From an uncultured Planctomycetales bacterium (GTDB lineage: Bacteria; Omnitrophota; Gorgyraeia; Aquiviventales; Aquiviventaceae), in assembly GCA_964372775.1 (NCBI GenBank), contig CAYJRJ010000003.1:1-55585 (forward strand): a stretch of 55,585 nt of DNA, given 5' to 3'. Under the pieces are notes generated by a model, which searched no databases, was not told the origin of the DNA, and saw only the letters and a list, made by a program, of their open reading frames with translations. The position numbers and the translations under genes were made by a program. Shown one piece after another: positions 8,296 to 15,600 of this stretch. Position 1 is the stretch's first letter. Each line of letters begins with the position of its first letter.

Positions 8296-9036
8296 TCACC
8301 TCCTTTTCCTCTCGTCTCTCCCGAAAGACACAAAAACGCCCGGCGGGCGCTGGGCACACACCACACCCCAGGCCACGTACCGGGTCCGTATGACATTGAC
8401 GATTGACGATTGACGATCGTCGAGTGACGATTGGTGGGGCGATGCGCGTGGAGGACCGCGTGACTGGAGCCACGACAACCACACACCATCCCAGACCCAT
8501 GAATTCGCCACCACCACGGTCGCCGTATGACGCAGGCCAATGAGCATGCGCCGACCAACCGCAGCAATTACCAACACCCTGCCCTGGGCAGCCAACTCGT
8601 CTAACAGAGTGTGGAATGGGGAATGCGGAATGCGGAATGGAAAGAGGTACGAAGAGGAAACTGCTGCTTCCCCGTGAGGCATGACGCGTGGCACTTGAGA
8701 TAGAAGCGCGATCGAGGACATGCTGCGGCGCAGCATCGCGTTGAGCATCGCAGCGATTCGGTCGCGCAGTCGCCGAGACCCACCGGCCTCTCGCGCACCA
8801 TGGGGGCGAACCGCATGCGAACGGAGGACTGGTGCGTCAACGTGTTGGACCGCGATTGCCGACGGATGCGTCAGCTCCATCGACAGTTGCTGCGAAATGA
8901 GGCTGCTGCTGGCCGTCGCCAGCGGCCGCAGATAGGAGTTGGATGAGGACGCTGACTCCTCAGTAGTACGCGCAGCCCACACCGGGCTCGCATGGCTGAA
9001 GAGCATGATGAAGAGTGCGAGCTGAATCCTGGTCAT
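8296..9036 (-). CDS. Hypothetical small signal-peptide protein; the 3' extent is doubtful
   Basis: ATG 9036 sits 1 nt after the TAA of the PEPCK-like gene (taagATG). It reads MTRIQLALFIMLFSHASPVWA.... The downstream two-thirds of the open frame is low complexity and runs through two heptamer repeat arrays and a terminator-like hairpin. Confidence 0.3.
   Translation of the reverse strand: MTRIQLALFIMLFSHASPVWAARTTEESASSSNSYLRPLATASSSLISQQLSMELTHPSAIAVQHVDAPVLRSHAVRPHGAREAGGSRRLRDRIAAMLNAMLRRSMSSIALLSQVPRVMPHGEAAVSSSYLFPFRIPHSPFHTLLDELAAQGRVLVIAAVGRRMLIGLRHTATVVVANSWVWDGVWLSWLQSRGPPRASPHQSSLDDRQSSIVNVIRTRYVAWGVVCAQRPPGVFVSFGRDERKRR
8332..8349 (-). terminator. Small terminator-like hairpin CGCCC-gcc-GGGCG followed by TTTTT
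   Basis: Read on the minus strand about 40 nt upstream of the PilZ RBS. It has only a 5-bp stem and a 3-nt loop, so it is weak. Confidence 0.3.
8396..8416. repeat. Tandem heptamer (TTGACGA)x3, with a degenerate fourth copy at 8425-8431
   Basis: Counted directly: 8396-8402, 8403-8409, 8410-8416. Confidence 0.9.
8613..8640. repeat. Tandem heptamer (GGAATGS)x4
   Basis: ggaatgg ggaatgc ggaatgc ggaatgg, counted directly. Confidence 0.9.
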
Positions 9037-9037
9037 C

Positions 9038-12000
9038 TTATCTCGAGCGGCGCGTCTCTCTCGCGCTCGCAACTTTCCCGTCGAGCTCCTGCGTCCGGCT
9101 CACGCCGCGTGTTGGTGCTGTGCTCGTGATCTCCAGGGCCGGGTCGAGCCGCCAGGTCGGCCCCGCGGCGTCGCCCGCGGCGGCCATCGTGATGTCGCCA
9201 CCGGCGCCACCTGATGCTGGGGTCGTTCGTTTCGGCAAGGGCAAACCGGAGGTGTAGAGCCCACTCTCAAAATCATCGATGGCGCGTGTCGCCGTTACCC
9301 CGCCAAGTGCCTCGACCTTCTTGTCGAGGACCCGCGTCACATCCTCTTTCGATGCAACGCCTAGCCAGAGCGCGGCCAGTGCGTCCTTCGCTTCCCCATC
9401 GCTCGTGTGGGCGTCAATCAGGTCTTGCACCGTTGGTCCATCCGTGATACGTGCGAGGCGATCATACGCACCCGCGACCAGTTGAGCCACCCCGGCCATG
9501 CCCAAAACCGTGCCTTCGCTGCCGGTCTTCCACACCGGCGAATCCGGCCCGCGGCTGACCGGACCCTGCGCGGCGGCCATCTTGATCTCGCCGCCCTTTC
9601 CAGGCGCAGGCTCAGGATCGCGCGGCACGGGCGCGGGCTCCCACGCCTCGGCATCGGGCAGCGGCGCATCGGGTGCGGAGCCGTCGAGCTGGAGACGAAT
9701 GAGGTTGGCGGTCAACTGCACCAAGTGCTCCCGATTGCCGTAGAGCATGCGCAGGCCGCGCCAGTGCGTGCTCGAAATCCGGATGCCGAATTCGCTCTCC
9801 ACGTTGGCTAGAAACAGATAGAGGCGCTTGGCGTCGTGCCGCAAGACCCCCGCCCCTATTTCAAACTCGTTATCGGCCGCCCATTGCGTCAGCAGGCGAT
9901 CCACCGCGGCACGCAGCGCCGCGTCCGAAAGTCCTGCGAGCCGGGCGCGCGCGGGCGCCAACGTCAACCGTCGGATTTGCTCCGAAAGCTCCGCCAGGAG
10001 CCCCCCGGACGGGGCCGGCTCTCCGCCGAGCCATAACCGCACCCGAGCAGCCGATTGCCGTGCCACGCCTGAGACCTCAAACGCCGTGAGGCCCCCATAC
10101 CCTCCGCGGTGGATGAGAATTCCACCCTTATATAAAGCGTCAGCTAGACGCTCAGCCGCAGTGGTCCTCATCTTCAGGGCGCGCGCCAGCGCGGCCACGT
10201 TGACCGGACCCCGCCGGCGCCGAAGGAACACCTCGAGTGCTTTTAAGAGCGGGCCAGTGCTGAGGCTCTCGCGACCTCCCGGCCTGGCCATGCCCCGCGG
10301 TTCATCCTCGGTCTTGCTCGTCAGCTCCAGGCGCGGATCCAGCCGCCACTGTGGAATCGCAGCCTCACCTGCGGCGGCCATCGTGATGTCGCCGGCCAGC
10401 AACGCTTGGTGCGCGGCGAGCTGGCGCGCATGGGCCTCACGGATGATGGACGGCAGCCGATCCGTGTGGAAGCCGGGTTGAGCCAGCCACTGCTCGCGAC
10501 GCTCGAACTCGCCGGTCCACTGTGCGGCATCATACGAGAGCGCTTGTTCCACGCGCTCACGGCTGACGCCGACTGACTCGAGCGCCTCGAGCTTCAACGA
10601 CTCGACCGTCGGGACGGCACCGATCGGTGTATTCACCGCAACGGCCGTGGGATCCTGCTTGACCCGCCGGATGATCCACTCGAGGACAGAAAAGTTTCGG
10701 CTGTAGCCTGGCAGGAGGAACTGGCCATCAGCATCCTTGCGGAACCAGTTCACGTGAAAGACCGTCGGCGGATGCGGCAAGGACGAGAGGACTCGGAATT
10801 GGTGGGCCGCATAGGAGGCTTCGTCATAGGAGAAGAAGGGCCGCTGCGCGAACGGATCCGGGCGGAACTCCGGCGCGCCCTCCTTGGCCGCCGTGGTGAA
10901 CGCCCCCATCAAGAGACCATCTGCCACTCCGCTCGCCAGGTCGGGCAGCTGCCGAACGAACGGTTCAAAGGTGTGACGGCCGCCAAAGAGCATGAAGCTA
11001 ATCGGCACGCCCTCGGGGTGATCCCAGTCAGCCGGGCGCTCGGCTTCAGGACGGCTGGCCACGTGGCCGATCCATGTCGGCGCGTTGGTAATCCTCGTCG
11101 TCACGCGGGAGTTCGGATGCGCCCAGGGCTTGTTGCGATCTTCCGGCGAGCGATCGCGAATGGGCGTGCCGGTCCAGTCGCGCCAGCCTTCCTCGGTCGT
11201 CATCTCGCCGCGGTCAAGGCGCGCACGCTCGGCGCCGGCCTCGGTGTAGGGCGCTTCATCCGTGCGCCCTTCCCACCACATCTGCTCAACGATCAACTCC
11301 CCCTGCGCGTCGCGCACAAATTTCGCCGCGACGTTAGTGAAGAGGGCGCCAGAGTTCTCCCCCATGGCGCGCATCGCGTTGGGGTTCGTGTTCGAGTTGG
11401 TCATCGGCACGACGCCGAAGAAGCCCCACTCGGGGTTGATCGCCCGCAGGCGGCCATCGGAGCCCGTATGCAGGTGGGCGAGATCATCGCTGACGATGAA
11501 CGTTTCGTACTCCTCCTTGAACTCATCGGGCACCTCGATCATGGCCAGGTTGGTCTTGCCGGAGGCGCTGGGAAACGCGCCGGTGCCGTAGATCGTCTCG
11601 CCGGTCTTCTTGTTGCGAATCCCGATGATCAGCATGTGCTCGGCGAGCCAGGAGCCTTCCTGCCTCGCGCGATACATTGACAGGCGCAGACTGCCGAATT
11701 TCTTCGGGCCGAGCGCGTTGCCCCCGTAGGCCGAACCGAACAAGTACGCGACCCCCTCATCAGGCACCGCGACGAAGTAGCGCTCGTCGTCAGCGCCGCC
11801 GCGCTTGATCGCATCGAGGTCGCCAGTGCTGTGAATGATGCGGTCGAACGTTTGGCCCTGAGCAACGCGCTCTTTCGCGGCCTCGAGCGCGACGCGGCCG
11901 ACTTTGTAGAGCTGGATGAGGTTGAGGGCCGCATACCGGTTGTCGGTGACTTGAATCCCGACCTGCCGGTTGGACGAGTCGACCGGCCCGGCGATATACG

Positions 12001-12661
12001 GGACGACGTAGAGCTTCTTGCCCTTCACGGTACCCGCCATCTTCACCTTGACCGCGGGGATCAGCTCATCGGTCGGCCGCCAGTTGTTGAAGAGGCCGCG
12101 GTCGCTTGCGTTGCGGGTGGCGACAAACGTGCGCTCTTCCGAGCGTGCGGTATCCTGCGGGTGCGAGCGCGCGTAGTAGTTGCCATCACGAGTGCGCCAG
12201 AGGACACCGGCGGCGACCTCCTCCTGCTGCAGGCGGGCTTCATCGGCCTCATCCACGAACTCAAGGCTCTCCGGATCCAGGAGCATGATCTGGTCGAGCA
12301 AGAACGCTTCGATCTGCGGCTCGCCGATGTTGAGCGCCTCGACCATCGTCTTGGCGCGTGAGAGACCCTCTGCGGTCACGCGATCAGGAAGCGGGGGAGT
12401 GGGCACAGGGGCAATCGGAACAGCGGGTGCAACCGGTACGCCGGCGGCGTTGGCGAGCTGGCGCAGCTCCTGCTCGATGCGTTCCTCGGCATCGTTGCTG
12501 GGGTTGGCGCGCGTGCCGCCCGCGCGCAAAGCCCACGCGGATGGCATGGAGGAGCACAGCATCGCAACAGCCAGCACCAGATGAACAAACGCTCGGCACC
12601 GTCCGAGGTGCCGGGCGTTCTTCGATCGAGCCTGCATGATGGCTGCGAGCACAGCGCGCAT
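9038..12661 (-). CDS. Signal-peptide-bearing GTP-type PEP carboxykinase-like protein fused to a ~450-aa C-terminal extension
   Basis: ORF track, 1207 aa. N-terminus FVHLVLAVAMLCSSMPSAWA. See the domain feature below. The tail contains a wHTH-like segment (LLKALEVFLRRRRGPVNVAALARALKMRTTAAERLADALYKGGILI) and three copies of a GDITMAAAG motif. Confidence 0.85.
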   Translation of the reverse strand: MRAVLAAIMQARSKNARHLGRCRAFVHLVLAVAMLCSSMPSAWALRAGGTRANPSNDAEERIEQELRQLANAAGVPVAPAVPIAPVPTPPLPDRVTAEGLSRAKTMVEALNIGEPQIEAFLLDQIMLLDPESLEFVDEADEARLQQEEVAAGVLWRTRDGNYYARSHPQDTARSEERTFVATRNASDRGLFNNWRPTDELIPAVKVKMAGTVKGKKLYVVPYIAGPVDSSNRQVGIQVTDNRYAALNLIQLYKVGRVALEAAKERVAQGQTFDRIIHSTGDLDAIKRGGADDERYFVAVPDEGVAYLFGSAYGGNALGPKKFGSLRLSMYRARQEGSWLAEHMLIIGIRNKKTGETIYGTGAFPSASGKTNLAMIEVPDEFKEEYETFIVSDDLAHLHTGSDGRLRAINPEWGFFGVVPMTNSNTNPNAMRAMGENSGALFTNVAAKFVRDAQGELIVEQMWWEGRTDEAPYTEAGAERARLDRGEMTTEEGWRDWTGTPIRDRSPEDRNKPWAHPNSRVTTRITNAPTWIGHVASRPEAERPADWDHPEGVPISFMLFGGRHTFEPFVRQLPDLASGVADGLLMGAFTTAAKEGAPEFRPDPFAQRPFFSYDEASYAAHQFRVLSSLPHPPTVFHVNWFRKDADGQFLLPGYSRNFSVLEWIIRRVKQDPTAVAVNTPIGAVPTVESLKLEALESVGVSRERVEQALSYDAAQWTGEFERREQWLAQPGFHTDRLPSIIREAHARQLAAHQALLAGDITMAAAGEAAIPQWRLDPRLELTSKTEDEPRGMARPGGRESLSTGPLLKALEVFLRRRRGPVNVAALARALKMRTTAAERLADALYKGGILIHRGGYGGLTAFEVSGVARQSAARVRLWLGGEPAPSGGLLAELSEQIRRLTLAPARARLAGLSDAALRAAVDRLLTQWAADNEFEIGAGVLRHDAKRLYLFLANVESEFGIRISSTHWRGLRMLYGNREHLVQLTANLIRLQLDGSAPDAPLPDAEAWEPAPVPRDPEPAPGKGGEIKMAAAQGPVSRGPDSPVWKTGSEGTVLGMAGVAQLVAGAYDRLARITDGPTVQDLIDAHTSDGEAKDALAALWLGVASKEDVTRVLDKKVEALGGVTATRAIDDFESGLYTSGLPLPKRTTPASGGAGGDITMAAAGDAAGPTWRLDPALEITSTAPTRGVSRTQELDGKVASARETRRSR
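10412..12379 (-). other. GTP-dependent PEPCK homology region (aa ~95-750)
   Basis: ARSHPQDTARSEERTFV, FPSASGKTNLAMI (P-loop; canonical FPSACGKTN from memory), IVSDDLAHL, NPEWGFFGVVPMT, FHVNWFRKDADGQFLLPGYSRNFSVLEWI. Confidence 0.8.
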
Positions 12662-12690
12662 CAGAGTCGCCTTCTTCAGGAGCGCGTGCG

Positions 12691-15600
12691 TTATACTCCG
12701 CTGGTGGCCGCTGCGATGGTCGTCTGGTAGCTGCGAACCTCGGCTTCCGTTTCAGGCTTGATGTCGAGGTTCTGCGGCACAACCAGATCGCCTTCTTGGA
12801 GGAGCTTCAGCTGGGCCGCCAGCTTCGGATTGAGCTTGCCGCCGGCCGCCGCAGCTTCTACACCGGCGACAATGGCCGGCGCGGCCGAAGCGATCTGGCC
12901 CGTTTCCTTCGCAGGTTCCACAGCAACAGCAGCAACTTCCTCTGGCTTTGGAGAGGCCTCCTTAATTGCCTGCGCCCAAGCCGACGGACCGATAACACTT
13001 CCCACGATGCTGCCGGCAACCCCGGCGCTCAAGAGCCCCAACAACTCACCGGGCTGCTGCTGCGCGGGAAGGACCAGATCAAACATCCCCAAGTCGAACT
13101 TCGCTGCTCCGTTCGATGCGGATGGTATCGCTTTGGCGAGCGCCTCGGCCTTCCGCTGCGCCTCATCGGGCGTTGACGCGCCATCGACGACCAGCGCGAA
13201 GTGAATCGCCTTCGACCCGTTACCGAGGACCTGGCGCAGTTGGCGCTGGATCAGCTCCTGCGCGATCGCCGCGTCAGGCCCCTGGGCATAGACCGAGGAG
13301 TGCACCACGATCCACCGAGGATTCGCTAGATCCGCAGCCTGCTCCGCGACCTCAGGCGAGATCGTGTAGTCGGTTGCATCGGGGAACTGCTCCACGAGTC
13401 GTCCCTGCTCCACCGCGGCGACCGTCGTATCGCTCACCGCCACGGCAAACGGGGAGTCCTTGGCGACGATCTTGTTGCGCGTCTTGCGAGCCGGATACGC
13501 CGCCTCGATGTCCCGGTCGATATTGGGCCCGTGCGGCGTGAAGCCGCCCTGCGAGTTGATCCACATTTCGTTGAACCGGACCACGCGCTCACGCGCCGCG
13601 TCAAATGCCGCGCCGGCATACATATCCTCGCCGACCGCCAAGCCCGTGGACGCATCCGCCTTCACCGTGCCATCCTGAGCGACCGCGTAGCGAATGGAGA
13701 TTTCGATGGGGTTGCTCCACTTCACGGCGACCGCGGTGTCGCGGCCTTCCGGCCGCATCGCCACGTAGTGCGATCCGCGGGCGTTGCCGATGTTGACCCG
13801 AACCGCCACTCTGGTGATGGCCCGATGCAGCGAGGCAAAGGGGTCAATCGCGATCATGACCGAATCATCCTTGCCCACGTACTCGCCACCCGTGACCGCG
13901 GCCAGCTTTTCCGTGGACACTGAGGCGATATAGTCTCCGCCGAGAAACTCGGCCACCTTGTACAGCTCCACGAGCCGTGGCCGGACCTGCTCGAGCACCG
14001 TGTCAAGCGGATCGTTCAGGATGGCGCGTTCCCACGGGTTGAGCAGCTCGGGGGAGCGGCCTTTCTTGTGGTCCGCCTGCCACGCGGCCACCTCTTCCTG
14101 CAAGTACGTTTTGCGCTGCTCATACTCGGGCCGTAGCGCCGACAGCTCGCCCTCCACGCGCGCATCAATCGCCGCGACCTCCTCCGGCGTCAGATCGCTG
14201 ATCCAGCCGGCGCGCTTCTTGGTCCAGATGCGCTTGATGTTGTGATCGTTCGCAGCGCTCAGCAAGGAAAGTAGCTGCGCGTCTTCGGTCTCCGCGTCGA
14301 TAAACGCCCGCGAATTGGGCAGCACGTCCCACGTTTCGAAGACGAGTCCATGTTGGATCATCTCTAGAAACCGTTCCAGTTCTCTCGTGTGTTGCAGATC
14401 GCTCCCGTGTTTAGACCACACTTCATCAACTAAGTCTCTGACGAACTTCTTCCGATTCTCTTCCGGGACATCGGGCATGCGCTTTGCAACCTCTTCATCG
14501 AGACTAGTGGAGAGTCCTGCGAGGTCAGGTATTCCCCCAGGAAACGCCTGTCGTAAGAGGAGGGAGAGGCGGGTGGCCCAGTAGGCCGGGTAATTGAACG
14601 CCCCGGCTGCGCCCTTGTCGTTGGCGATCACACTCCACCGCGGGAATCGTCCAAGCTCTCCTGCCGAGAGCGTCTTTTCGGCAAACCCGATGCCCATGCC
14701 CCGCACGTTGCCCGGCAGCAGGAGTTCGACGATCTTGCCGCTGGACTTGCCCTGCTTGAAGTTCTCGTACCCCCGACGGATTTCGCCCATGCGCGCCGCT
14801 TCTTCCGGCAGCGACTGGATCTCTTCTGCCAGCGCCTTGATGAAATCGTCGTTGAGGTTGGCGTAGACGTCCAGCTTGCCCGCCTTGATGAGCTCAACGA
14901 CCTTGGGGTCCACGAGATCTTGCATGAACCCGTACAGCTTGTACTTCAACCGCTGCGACACCCAGCCCGCCCGGAAGAACGTGGCCCAGGCCAGGCCGTG
15001 AATCTCGGCGTTGTCCACGCCGCGCTTGTGGAACAGGATGAAATGGTTATCATCGCCGGCCGCCGCCACATCGAAGCCGTCGATGAGCCCCTGCTTCACC
15101 GCAACTTTCAAGCTCGCGATGAAGGCTGCGCGATAGATCTTGTACGGCAGCTGGTGGCCGGTCGCCCCGATATCCGCCTTCAGGTCGCTTACCGTGACGA
15201 CCTGGCTCGCGTTCGACGCTTTCAGAATAGGATCGATCCTGACGATGGGCTTGCCGTCGGCTCCCACGACCGTCTTGCCTTCGGTGTCACGCTCGGTCAC
15301 GGCGGGAATCTCATGGTAGCGAGGCCCCATGGCTTCCACGGTGTGCTCCGCCCGCCGCGTCGCCTCCGGGGCGGTGACGGCCGGCTGGAACGAGCCCAAC
15401 AGCATCAGGCTGTCATGCACAAACCGCTCGTCCTCACGGGTCGTCTGCACATCGGTGCTGATAGCGACCTGGTCGTGCACTTCGCTGTGCGGAATCCGGC
15501 CGTTGTCATACGACTGGTACGTGTAGGAGACCATCTGCACGAGCCCGTCATCTGCGAAGGTGCCGGCGTCCGCCTCCTCGAGGGTCACGGGGATCACGCC

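Noticed and set aside
8293-8700. c-di-GMP or other riboswitch upstream of the PilZ genes
   Set aside because: I could not recognise any known riboswitch consensus by eye. Only heptamer arrays and a small hairpin are evident. A covariance-model scan would be needed.
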